DNA of 64,000 nt. Origin: an uncultured Verrucomicrobiae bacterium. GTDB taxonomy: Bacteria > Verrucomicrobiota > Verrucomicrobiia > Chthoniobacterales > UBA10450. The notes under the pieces were generated by a model. The model searched no databases. It was not told the origin of the DNA and worked only from the letters and a program-made list of their open reading frames with translations. Positions 1 through 9,677 of the stretch are shown here, piece by piece. The position numbers and the translations under genes are program-made. Numbering within the stretch: the stretch's first letter is position 1; every line of letters starts with the position of its first letter. The stretch covers positions 1,312,001 to 1,376,000 of the forward strand of contig CAVYXA010000001.1 of NCBI GenBank assembly GCA_963772365.1. Reading direction: 5' to 3'.

Positions 1-221
1 TAATGACGGTGTTCGATGCCTGGGGAGTTCATTGCACGGAAGACATTGGGCACATGGTTTTTAATCTGATCAGTGCCGGCATTTTCGGAAAGACAGCGGA
101 AGATTCGATCGAGGATTTTAAAAACGTGTATGATTTCGAAGAAGCTTTCGTTAAACCATTCGCACCAGAAAAACCTGTCACTCCGCAGCGGAAGCCAGGT
201 TTTCCCGCGCCAAAATCTTAG
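1..221 (+). CDS. Partial (5'-truncated) Verrucomicrobia/Planctomycetes conserved protein (Minf_1886 / TIGR04138-like)
   Basis: WGVHCTEDIGHMVFNLI...GIFGKTAEDSIEDF...YDFEEAF matches the C-terminal motif of this family as I recall it. Confidence 0.75.
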   Translation, partial: MTVFDAWGVHCTEDIGHMVFNLISAGIFGKTAEDSIEDFKNVYDFEEAFVKPFAPEKPVTPQRKPGFPAPKS

Positions 222-266
222 CCAATCCGCCCCGCCACTACTTGAAACGGAGCGTGTTAACAAATC

Positions 267-2940
267 ATGAGAGGTTGTGAAGCGGCGGGGCTGATGGCGG
301 TAATTATGTTTACTGTTTCCAATCTCAATGCCGCCCAGCCCAAGGAATCGGCGGTTATAACCGTTCCGCCGAGCACAGCTACAAAATGGGTTTTGCCGGA
401 TGGATTGACCGTCATCGTGCAGGAAGACCACAGCGCGCCGGTGGCGAGCGTGCAAGCCTGGTGCGCAACCGGCAGCATCGACGAGGCCGACCATCTGGGA
501 GCCGGTTTGTCGCACATTCTTGAGCACATGCTGTTCAAAGGCACAAAGAGAAGATCGACAAATGCAATTGCCCAGAAAATTCAGGACGTCGGCGGCTACA
601 TCAACGCCTACACCTCCTTCGATCGCACGGTTTTTTGGATCGACGTTCCAAAAGAGGGCGTCTCCACCGCTCTGGATGTGTTGGCCGATGCCATGATGAA
701 TTCAACGTTGCCGCCGAACGAGTACATGAAAGAACAGGAAGTGATCCGGCGCGAGTTTGCCATGGGTATGGATGACCCGGACCGAATGGTCGGCCAGCTT
801 TTGTTCGCGACCGCTTACCAGAAGCATCCCTATCGCTTTCCGGTCATTGGCGAGATGGAAATCTATAACCAGCTCAGCCAGCAACAGGTGATGGAGTATT
901 ACAAGAAGCGATACGTGCCGAACAATCTCACCTTCATCGTGGTCGGCGATGTCGATACTGAAAAAGTCCATCAGCAATTGGCTGATTTCTTCAAGAGTTA
1001 TCCAGAAAAATCGATCACGCCGATATTCATTCCGGCCGAGCCGCCACAGCTTGGCCGGCGGGAAGTGCATAACGAGTTTCCCACGGAGCTGACCCGGCTG
1101 TCGATGGCGTGGCATATTCCGGGGATCACAGACCCGGACGTTCCCGCGCTCGATGTTCTTTCGACGGTTCTCGGCGAAGGACGCAGCTCGCGATTGTATC
1201 GAAGGGTTCGCGAAGAAGCCGGTCTCGCTTACGGGATTTCGGCGTTTTCCTACACGCCAGGAGAGCCCGGTTTGCTCGGCATCGAAGCGACTGTCGATCC
1301 TAAAAATCGCCAGTCGGCGGAGAATTTAATCTTACAGATCATCGACGAGGTCAAAAACGGAGGCGTCATGGCCGATGAACTAACCAAGTCGAAGAAAATT
1401 TCTCTCAGTCACCAGCTCGATGCCCTAACAACGATGCGAGGGCAGGCGAGCGATATCGGTTCGAACTGGCTGTTGACGCGCAATCTGAATTTTAGTCGGG
1501 ATTATCTCGACGCTCTGCAAAAGGTGACGGTGGAGGACGTTCGCCGAGTAGCAGGAAAATATCTCACCGGATGACAATTTAACCGTCGTCTCGTTAAATC
1601 CGAAGGGAAGCTTGGCCGGCAAAGGCGAGGCCGCGAAAGCAGATTGAAGCCGGGCGAGATCCAAAAATTCGAACTGTCGAACGGCCTGCGTCTCCTGGTT
1701 CGGGAAGATTCGCGTCTGCCATTGGTGTCGATCTCAGCGGTATTTCGCGGTGGGCTATTGGCCGAGACGGCTCAGGACAACGGAATTACCCGGCTGATGG
1801 CCCGGACACTTCTCAAAGGAACTAAGACTCGCACGGCGGAGCAGATTGCTAATCAAATCGAGGCGGTTGGTGGCGCCATCGGCAGCGACGCCGGCAATAA
1901 CAGTTTCAGCGTTTCACTTCACATTATGAAGGCGGACCTGAAATTGGGCTCCGATATTTTGGCTGATGTATTACTCAATGCCACGATGCCGGAGAAGGCG
2001 GTCGCGCGCGAAAAAGAAGTGCAAATCGCCGGGATTAAAGAGGAAGAGGAAAGGCTAACCTCGGTGGCTCGCAATATCCTGCGCCAGGCGCTTTTTGTCG
2101 ATCATCCTTATGCGCTTCGCGGCAACGGCACCGTTGAATCGGTTCAACATCTGACTCAAAAAGATCTGCTCGAGTTTCGCGATCGCTACCTCGTGGCGAA
2201 GAACGGCGTCATTTCCGTTTTTGGAGATGTCAAAGCGGCAGAAGTAAAAAAATTATTCGAGCTGCTGCTGGGTAAGATGAAAGCTGGCGGTCTCGCCCTT
2301 GCCGAGGCGAGTCCACCTCCGCGCTTGAAGGAGGTCGAGACTGTTCAGAGCGTCAAAGACAAAGCGCAGGCGGTAATCATGGTTGGTTATCGCGGGCGTG
2401 GACATTTTCGATCCGGATCGATACGCGCTCGATCTCATCGACGAAGCCAGCAGCGATCTCGGCTCGCGGTTTTTCATTCGCATTCGTGAAGAAATGGGAC
2501 TGGCGTATTACGTAGGCGCGAGCCAGATGCAGGGACTGGTCCCGGGCTTGTTCGCATTTTATCTCGGCACTGATCCGCAAAAGGTTGCGCCGGTAAAAAC
2601 GGCGTTGCTTGATGAGATCAAGAAGCTCGCCAGCCAAGGTTTGTCCGAAGAAGAATTGATGCGAGCCAAGAAGAAATTGATCGGACAACAGGAGATCGCA
2701 AACCAGAGCAACGATTCGTTTGGCCAGCAGGCCGCTCTCGATGAGCTTTACGGGCTCGGGTTCAATCATTACAAAGAGCTGGAATCCAAGGTGAACGCCG
2801 TGTCCATGGAAGATATCGAACGCGTAGCCGCGAAATATTTTCGCGATCAACCATATGTCTTGGCCTCTGTACATCCGAGCGTCTCCGCCGGGAATCCGGC
2901 GGCCAGACCACCGAAGGCAGCAGCGCCGAAAAAGAAATAG
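267..2940 (+). CDS. M16 (pitrilysin-family) zinc peptidase, two-lobed; broken by about three frameshifts (~1569, ~1642, ~2393), probably sequencing errors; true start may be 294 or 306
   Basis: HxxEH motif (HILEH), NAYTSFDRT and SSRLYRRVREE in 267..1574; the inactive second lobe continues in ORFs 1644..2489 and 2383..2940 (SRFFIRIREEMGLAY). Confidence 0.9.
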
Positions 2941-2960
2941 AATGATTTCAAGGTACACTG

Positions 2961-3040
2961 TCCTCATCCTCACCTTCTCCCACTGGGAGAAGGAACCTCT
3001 CTCACGCCGGGAGAGACGGACGCGAAGCGCCAGTGAGGGC
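2961..3040. repeat. REP-like palindrome (CCTCA..CTCCC..GGGAGA..GTGAGGG type)
   Basis: tcctcatcctcaccttctcccactgggagaagg...gcgaagcgccagtgagggc; a related copy lies at ~37679-37781. Confidence 0.6.
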
Positions 3041-3070
3041 AAAACAAAAGCGGGCTGTTCGCTGTAGAAT

Positions 3071-3538
3071 ATGGCTGAAGTACAATCAGGACAAACAATG
3101 GGCGAGCTTTCCCAGCGCTTCATCGAGTTTGTGATGATGCATGCGCAAAACGCTGCGCTCTTTCTCGGGCAAATTCCCAATCCGAAGACCGGTCAGGGCG
3201 AAGTGAATCTCGAACTGGCGAAAATGTTCATCGATCAGCTCGACATGATTCAGGAAAAAACCCGGGGCAATCTCACCAGCGAGGAAGCCACCGTGCTGCG
3301 CAATGCGATTTCCAATTTGCAGATGGCCTATGTGGAAGTTGCGCAAGGATCCTCGCAAGGTTCTGAAGGTAGGGCGCAACCGCCGGGCGCGCCGCCTGAG
3401 AGCGAAACACCGCCTCAGCCAAAAGAACCATCACCAGCCGACGTAAAATCGACAGCTGCCGAACCGGCTGCATCATCTCCGTCAGCCGAAGCGGAAACCG
3501 AATCAAAGAAGAAGTTCACTAAGAGCTACGGCCCTTAG
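3071..3538 (+). CDS. DUF1844 domain protein with Pro/Ser/Ala-rich tail
   Basis: LGQIPNPKTG...NLELAKMFIDQLDMIQEKTRGNLTSEE...LQMAYV is the DUF1844 signature. Confidence 0.85.
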   Translation: MAEVQSGQTMGELSQRFIEFVMMHAQNAALFLGQIPNPKTGQGEVNLELAKMFIDQLDMIQEKTRGNLTSEEATVLRNAISNLQMAYVEVAQGSSQGSEGRAQPPGAPPESETPPQPKEPSPADVKSTAAEPAASSPSAEAETESKKKFTKSYGP

Positions 3539-3559
3539 CACCCGGCGTTCGCGCCTTCG

Positions 3560-4318
3560 ATGGCAATCAGAAAGTTCAGCGTAGGAATCGCGCTCGTCTT
3601 TGTTTTCGCTCTTCCAGGCATTGCCCAGGAATCTCCCACTCCGTCCGTTTCCGCGATTCCAAGCGAAACTCCTTCGCCCACGCCCGAGCCGACTCCGTCA
3701 CCCACTCTGTTCACGTTTCCAACTTCGTCGCCTTCCCCTACTCCGACGCCCGTACGAATGGTTCGGCTGAATTTCGTGCCACCGCCGATGGAAGGAAAAA
3801 TCAGCCTCGGCATTTTCGATGAGCAGGGAAAACTTGTGCGCGTTCTTTACCGCGAAGCTAACATCGACAAATTTGCCGTTGGCGCGGACTCGTTAAGCAC
3901 GACGTGGGATGGAAAAAATGACGCCGGCGAAGATTTGCCGCCGGGAAAATATCGTGCCCGCGGCTATGCGGTTGGCCAACTCAAGGTTGAGGACTTGGGA
4001 AACCCAAATGTTCCGCCGTCCAATACGGCCGATTACGTTTCGATCAAGCTCGTAGCAAATCCACTGGCAAACGATACGCGTTCGGTTGTCGATCTTGGCG
4101 TCGGGTGTGACAATGAAGGAAGCTTCATCAAAACCATGGACGGCTTGCCGCTGTTTACGGTGAGCAAGATTCCGAACCTCGTGCGGGCGTCGATCACCAA
4201 GTCGGGAGAGAAATCGGTCGTCGTTTGGCAGGGCGAAGGCGCGGCGGTCGAGCAATTTCGCGTCTCGAACATCAACCAAATGATGGGGTTCGATTGCGGC
4301 TTTTTTGAATTGAAGTAA
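3560..4318 (+). CDS. Secreted protein with S/T/P linker and FlgD-like Ig domain
   Basis: Signal peptide, SPTPTPEPTPSPT linker, ISLGIFDEQGKLVRVL...WDGKNDAGEDLPPGKY motif. Confidence 0.75.
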   Translation: MAIRKFSVGIALVFVFALPGIAQESPTPSVSAIPSETPSPTPEPTPSPTLFTFPTSSPSPTPTPVRMVRLNFVPPPMEGKISLGIFDEQGKLVRVLYREANIDKFAVGADSLSTTWDGKNDAGEDLPPGKYRARGYAVGQLKVEDLGNPNVPPSNTADYVSIKLVANPLANDTRSVVDLGVGCDNEGSFIKTMDGLPLFTVSKIPNLVRASITKSGEKSVVVWQGEGAAVEQFRVSNINQMMGFDCGFFELK

Positions 4319-4365
4319 GTGTGCCGACACACACCAGGAACCACGCGTTCCGTTTCACTATCGTA

Positions 4366-4708
4366 TAGCGCCAAAGGCGCTGCTCACCGTTAGCCTGGGG
4401 CATCGCCCCGGGAATGGAAAGGTCCACGGCGGCAGCGCTGGAAGCGCGAATCAGTTCTCCTCTGCTAATCGATATCGTCGGCTATCCCACCCGTAGCGTT
4501 CATCGAAATCGATGCCGTGTCGGCGCAACAGCTCGCGATATTCCTCCTGAAACCTGCGAGTGCGATGGTGATCCGATTGCGTGTAGATGTATCGAAGCAC
4601 AGCCTCGAGCTGACTCGGGCTCACTGAAAACGCACCATAACCGCGCTGCCAGAAAAATAATCCTGGGGCGATACCCCAGGCTAATGGTAAAGGGCGCCTT
4701 TGGCGCTA
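4366..4708 (-). mobile_element. Truncated IS200/RAYT-type Y1 transposase fragment between ~47-bp REP-like inverted repeats
   Basis: Minus strand ~4660-4480 reads FWQRGYGAFSVSPSQLEAVLRYIYTQSDHHRTRRFQEEYRELLRRHGIDFDERYGWD (TnpA C-terminus); arms tagcgccaaaggcgc..tagcctggggcatcgcccc (4366-4412) and its reverse complement (4662-4708). Confidence 0.85.
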
Positions 4709-4820
4709 AACACGTCGCCCGGTCGTTAATCTTCTAGTTAATAGCCGGGGCATCGGCCTCTGAAATGGCTTCGCGACAAGCGCTGGTCACGATACTAAAT
4801 CTCTGCTACTTAAAACGCTC

Positions 4821-6143
4821 ATGGCTCCCAGCACGGAACTTCAACATACTCTCGGCAAACCCGCCGGATTTAGCGGCACATCATTGCATACCGGCGAAAA
4901 AGTTTCGCTAAAGCTTCACCCCGCATCGGTCGATCACGGAATCAAGTTCCGGCGCAAAGATTTGCAGGACGAACCGACAATCGACGCCAGGATCGACAGT
5001 CTCAAGACGGTCGAGCGCGCGACTACAATCGGCGAAGGCTCGGTGCGGGTGCACACGGTTGAGCACGTGCTGGCGGCGCTCTCCGCGATGGGAGTAGACA
5101 ATGCGATTGTCGAAATGGATGCCAACGAGCCGCCAATCGGCGATGGCAGTGCTGAAGCTTATGTCGATGCTATAAAACGCGCCGGTATTGTCCCCCAGGA
5201 CGCAGCCCGAAAATTTTTTGGCGTTCGCGAACCGATGCACGCCGAATCCAAGAGCGGCGCGCTTCTGATTCTGCTGCCCGACGAGAAATTTCGAATCTCC
5301 TGCACACAGGCTGGTCCGAACAATCGCTTCACTCAATTTTTCTCGACCGAGATCACTCCGGCCATTTTCGAGCGCGAAATCGCGCCAGCGCGCACATTCG
5401 TTTACTACGAGGATGTCGAACCGTTGATGCAAAAGAACCTGATCAAGGGTGGTAGTTTGGAAAATGCCATTGTCATTCGCGGCGAGTCGGTTCTGAGCAA
5501 GGAGCCGCTGCGCTTCCCGGATGAATTCGTCCGCCACAAAATTCTCGATATTCTTGGCGATCTTGCCCTGCTTGGATCCCGCATTCGCGGTCATCTCATC
5601 GCGGTCCGGCCCGGTCACGCTGTGAATGCCGAGTTGACGCGCGCGCTTGCTCGCGAGTATGCGCGAACGAGTGCGCTCTCCGTCCCGCGAGTTTTCCCAG
5701 CGGGGGAAGGCGGTCTCGATGTCAATCAGGTGATGGAGATATTGCCCCATCGTTATCCATTTTTGATGGTCGATCGGGTGATCGGTTTCGAAGGCGATAC
5801 CAAGGTGACCGCGGTAAAATCGATCTCCATTAACGAGCCTTACTTCGAAGGACATTTCCCCGGACATCCGGTGATGCCTGGCGTTCTTCAAGTCGAAGCC
5901 ATGGCGCAAACGGCGAGCATCTTGTTATTTCGATTAGCCAAAACCACGAGCCGGATCGGCTATTTCATGAGCGCCGACTCCGTGAAGTTTCGCAAGCCGG
6001 TTTTTCCCGGAGACACGCTTTTTATACATGCTGAGATTACCAAAACGCGCGGTACCAGTCTGGCCAAGGCGAAGTGTCACTGCGTGGTAAATGACACGGT
6101 TGTCTCAGAAGGAGAGTTGATGTTCACGTTTCTCGCCCCATGA
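4821..6143 (+). CDS. lpxC-fabZ: Bifunctional LpxC/FabZ
   Basis: TVEHVLAAL and HKILD LpxC zinc motifs; C-terminal LPHRYPFLMVD...FEGHFPGHPVMPGVLQVEAMAQ FabZ motif. Confidence 0.97.
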   Translation: MAPSTELQHTLGKPAGFSGTSLHTGEKVSLKLHPASVDHGIKFRRKDLQDEPTIDARIDSLKTVERATTIGEGSVRVHTVEHVLAALSAMGVDNAIVEMDANEPPIGDGSAEAYVDAIKRAGIVPQDAARKFFGVREPMHAESKSGALLILLPDEKFRISCTQAGPNNRFTQFFSTEITPAIFEREIAPARTFVYYEDVEPLMQKNLIKGGSLENAIVIRGESVLSKEPLRFPDEFVRHKILDILGDLALLGSRIRGHLIAVRPGHAVNAELTRALAREYARTSALSVPRVFPAGEGGLDVNQVMEILPHRYPFLMVDRVIGFEGDTKVTAVKSISINEPYFEGHFPGHPVMPGVLQVEAMAQTASILLFRLAKTTSRIGYFMSADSVKFRKPVFPGDTLFIHAEITKTRGTSLAKAKCHCVVNDTVVSEGELMFTFLAP

Positions 6144-6147
6144 GACA

Positions 6148-6250
6148 TTGTCATTCTGATCCCGCAGTGCGGGAGAAGAATCTCAAATCATTTCCGCGTG
6201 ACTGCTCACTAAAAATAGATGGAGATGTTTCGCTTCGCTCAACATGACAA
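6148..6250. repeat. GTCA-ended REP-like inverted pair
   Basis: ttgtcattctga...gagatgtttcgcttcgctcaacatgacaa; the same family occurs at 7094-7142, 15811-15933, 19929-19954 and 28410-28506. Confidence 0.8.
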
Positions 6251-6301
6251 CCCGAGAAAGTGATGCCGCTCCGGATGCAGTGACGTTCGATATAAACAAC
6301 A

Positions 6302-7081
6302 ATGACTGACGTGCAGATTCATCCCACGGCGATTATCGATCCTGCGGCGGAACTCGGTGGCGGAACGATCGTCGGCCCATATTGCGTGATCGGAGCGAAT
6401 ATTTTACTCGGCGCTGATTGCTGGTTACAAAACCACGTGACCCTGGCCGGACCGATGCGAGCCGGAAACGGAAACAAGTTTTACGCCCATTGCTCGATCG
6501 GACAGCAAACCCAGGACTTAAAATACAAGGGCGAACCGACCTATCTCGAAATCGGCGATCAAAATACGTTCCGCGAGTTTGTCACCGTCAATCGCAGCAC
6601 GACCAGTGAAGGCAAAACACGCGTGGGCAGTCGCGGCAATTTTCTGGCGTATAGCCACATTGGACACGATTGCAGCGTAGGCGATGAAGTCGTTTTTTCG
6701 AATAACGGCACGCTGGCTGGGCACGTGCAAGTGGGCGACAACGCCGTCATGGGCGGACTTACCGCAGTCCATCAATTTTGCCGCATCGGCCGGTTTGCCA
6801 TCACGGGCGGCTGCTCGAAAATCGTGCAGGATGTTCCGCCGTTCATGATCGCAGATGGTAACCCGGCGGAAATTCGCGGAGTGAATGTCATCGGGCTCGA
6901 GCGAAAAAATTTCCCGCCGGAAAGTGTGAAGGTGATTAAGGAAGCGTTTCGCTTGCTCTATCGTGCTAAGCTAAACACCGCTCAGGCCATTGAGGCCATG
7001 CGACAGGAGTTGCCTGCACAAAAAGAGATTGCCGATATCATCGAGTTCATCGAGACGAGCGAGCGCGGAATTATTCGCTAA
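6302..7081 (+). CDS. lpxA: UDP-N-acetylglucosamine O-acyltransferase
   Basis: Hexapeptide repeats, QDLKYKGE, HIGHDC, HQFCRIG, DVPPF, ends SERGIIR; follows lpxC-fabZ. Confidence 0.97.
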   Translation: MTDVQIHPTAIIDPAAELGGGTIVGPYCVIGANILLGADCWLQNHVTLAGPMRAGNGNKFYAHCSIGQQTQDLKYKGEPTYLEIGDQNTFREFVTVNRSTTSEGKTRVGSRGNFLAYSHIGHDCSVGDEVVFSNNGTLAGHVQVGDNAVMGGLTAVHQFCRIGRFAITGGCSKIVQDVPPFMIADGNPAEIRGVNVIGLERKNFPPESVKVIKEAFRLLYRAKLNTAQAIEAMRQELPAQKEIADIIEFIETSERGIIR

Positions 7082-7152
7082 GTGTCAAAGCTTCTCATCC
7101 TGAGCGCGGCGAAGGGGACAATGCAACTCGCTCGCATGACAAATTTGAGGCT

Positions 7153-8727
7153 CTATTGCTTTACCGGTGTTGGCGTTGGCGATCTTCCGCTAGCTTCGGT
7201 TTCCAAATCGCGCAGGAGCGGCGCGGCGGGAGAATCCGGCGCGACCCGCAACGTCGCCCGAATTAATTCAAGCGCTTGTTTTGGCTTCTTCAGTTTCATC
7301 CAGGCATTCGCCTCTTCCAGAACCACCCGCACAATATCATCTCGATTCGTGTAGTAGGTGCGCGCCAGATCGAAATCCCTGTTCGCAGCGGACAAATGAT
7401 CGTCACTCTCCTCTAATAACCCCAAATCCTCCATCATTGGACCGTTCTCTGCACGCATCGCGGCCTGACGCGCGGCCGGACGAAAGTCATCCGGTGTGCG
7501 GGTCGCGTTTTTGATTGCGAAATCGTGGTACATCTTCCAATCGCTCTTTGCCGAATCATGCTGTGAATCGATCTGCAGCCAGTTCGCATAGGGTCGATAC
7601 AGCGGATCTCCCACCATCACCGACATCCAAGAGAGGACTCGCATCGACATGTACGCGCTCTCGGCAAATGTGAACCCGTGAAGCAGGCGATCGTTAAGAA
7701 TATCCAGCTGCGGCGTGAATTGCAGATACGGTTCGTAAACATTGCCTACGCTGGCCGCGGCGCCTTTTGTAACTAACGGACCGACCCATCCCGACTTCGG
7801 GTCCCGCAACGTTCCGGCACTGTAAGAGTGAATGTGAACCGCAATCGCTCCCGGGAGGAAATGAAATTCCGGCTGTGCAAAAGCGCCGGCTATGTTCTCC
7901 GTGTACCAACCATAATAAAGCGCGCAATCTGTGACGGGAAAACCGTCGGGAAAAATTTGTGGGTTGTTGTCATAAACCACGGGGATTCCGACTCTGCGAC
8001 ATTGCTCCACAATTTCCGACAGCCATTTGTCCGCCACGGAAAGACCCGGCGTCGAATTACGAGCTCCATCGACATAGGCGCGACCCCACAAGCCTTTCTT
8101 CTCGGTTTTGATTGCCTCGACAATCATCTGCTTCACTGTGGCTGCGCTCGGCGCATCCAGGCGGCAAACGAGTAGCAAACCGGGATTTTGGAAATCTGCG
8201 ATCGCGCGAAAACTTTGGAAATATTCGTTAGCGATAACGCCCGAGATCTGGCGCGAGTAAGCGGCCAGCACCGCCAGCTCGGAATCGACCGAAGCTTCAT
8301 TTCGATTCCCAATCGGGTCCTGGCCTGGAGCATCACCGGGATAATCCTTCGCAGGTTGGATTTTCATGGGGACGCCTTTGATCAGAGCGACGAAACGGAT
8401 CGCGCTGCCGATTACCGAGGTCTCTCCGTCGGATTCATGCGTCGTCCACCAGCCGCGTTTTACAAAAATCTTCCGGAGCGGATCGGCGATTGTATCATCG
8501 TATTCGGCCCGGCTGATTTCCTCGTTGCTTGTGCAATTGAGGCCGATCAGGTGATCGCGTGGAATGCCACGTTGCTTGGCGTAAAATTTCGCCAAAACAA
8601 CGGATTCGGGAACCGTCTTGTTGTAAATGACGAGTGTCGATGCTGCGAGCGATTGATCGGCGCGCGCCTCGATCAGAAGCAGAAGCGGAAAAAAGAGAAG
8701 CAGAGCGAAAGATCGAAACGCGTTCAC
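7153..8727 (-). CDS. TIGR03790-family secreted protein with TPR-like C-terminus
   Basis: Signal peptide; ASVDSEL, CRLDAP, YYGWY, GAIAVHIHSYSA and GNVYEPYL motifs. Confidence 0.85.
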   Translation of the reverse strand: MNAFRSFALLLFFPLLLLIEARADQSLAASTLVIYNKTVPESVVLAKFYAKQRGIPRDHLIGLNCTSNEEISRAEYDDTIADPLRKIFVKRGWWTTHESDGETSVIGSAIRFVALIKGVPMKIQPAKDYPGDAPGQDPIGNRNEASVDSELAVLAAYSRQISGVIANEYFQSFRAIADFQNPGLLLVCRLDAPSAATVKQMIVEAIKTEKKGLWGRAYVDGARNSTPGLSVADKWLSEIVEQCRRVGIPVVYDNNPQIFPDGFPVTDCALYYGWYTENIAGAFAQPEFHFLPGAIAVHIHSYSAGTLRDPKSGWVGPLVTKGAAASVGNVYEPYLQFTPQLDILNDRLLHGFTFAESAYMSMRVLSWMSVMVGDPLYRPYANWLQIDSQHDSAKSDWKMYHDFAIKNATRTPDDFRPAARQAAMRAENGPMMEDLGLLEESDDHLSAANRDFDLARTYYTNRDDIVRVVLEEANAWMKLKKPKQALELIRATLRVAPDSPAAPLLRDLETEASGRSPTPTPVKQ

Positions 8728-9642
8728 TAGAGGGTCAGCTTTAAACCGTCGTAAGCAATGTGAGTGTGAGCTGGAAGACGTGACTCGGCGGCTTGCGGCA
8801 GCTCGTGGCTAACGTGCGTAAAATAGGTCTGTACCGGGCTTAACCCGCGCAGCTACCTCGAGCGCCTGGCCAATGCTGAGATGAGTGGGATGCGGTTTTT
8901 CGCGTAGAGCATCTATGATCAAGATTTTGACTCCGGCGATAAGATCGACAATCGCATCGGGCACGGCGCTGCAATCACTCAGATAAGCCACGAGCTTTTG
9001 CGGAACACAGGCGTTCTCGCCTGTGCGGATGGCGGACATTCCTGTCTGCTGTTTCTCTTCGCCAGACTCAAAGTCCGGCGGCCGCACAGACTGCAAGTCT
9101 GTGTTCCGATTCGCGCGTGAAAAGAGATAACCATTCACTACGACATCGCCATGCGGCACCGGCAATGGAGTGATCAGCGTCGATCCCAGCGCAAATGCGC
9201 CTTCAATCAGATGCGGCTCCGGTTTCAGATAATAGGGAATCAGCTTCCTGGCCTTAAACGCGAATTGAAAAACGCGCTCCAGATCACCCATCGTTTCCGG
9301 CGAGGCATAAACCGGCATCGACCCACGAGCGTGTGAAAATCGGCGGAGATCATCGAAGCCCATGATGTGGTCTGTATGCGAGTGAGTGAAAATTACCGCA
9401 TCCACCCGCCGAATATTTGCGCGCAACGCCTGCGCCCGAAAATCTGTGCCCGTGTCCACCACGAACGCGCACTCCGGTGTTTCAATGTAAATGGAGGAAC
9501 GCAGCCGTTGGTCGCGCGGATCGGACGAATGGCAGACGTCGCAATCACAGCCAATCATCGGCACGCCCTGTGACGTGCCGGTGCCAAGAAATGTGAGAAC
9601 GAACCCCGACTTGAGATTTGAAGATGCAATTGGCAAGCTCAA
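8727..9642 (-). CDS. MBL-fold metallo-hydrolase (PhnP-like); one frameshift near 8832; carries a 36-aa in-frame palindrome insertion
   Basis: FLGTGTSQGVP..GCDCDVC, THSHTDHIMGFDDLR, YLSD, HPTH; the alternative frame completes QTYFTHVSHEL...AYDGLKLTL*. Confidence 0.9.
9001..9108. repeat. 108-bp palindromic element inserted in frame in the MBL hydrolase gene
   Basis: Terminal inverted repeat cggaacacag...ctgtgttccg with internal hairpins (acaggcgttctcgcctgt; cacagactgcaagtctgtg). Confidence 0.85.
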
Positions 9643-9677
9643 ACTTTCGACTCAACCAATCAACCTCTCAACCACCA

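Noticed and set aside
4414..4737. 107-aa plus-strand ORF
   Set aside because: It is the antisense shadow of the TnpA fragment and REP arms.
4908..5909. Long antisense ORFs (for example 4908-5909, 2377-3180, 28651-29292, 25608-26219)
   Set aside because: They lie opposite well-supported genes, are expected in GC-rich codon-biased DNA, and carry no motifs.
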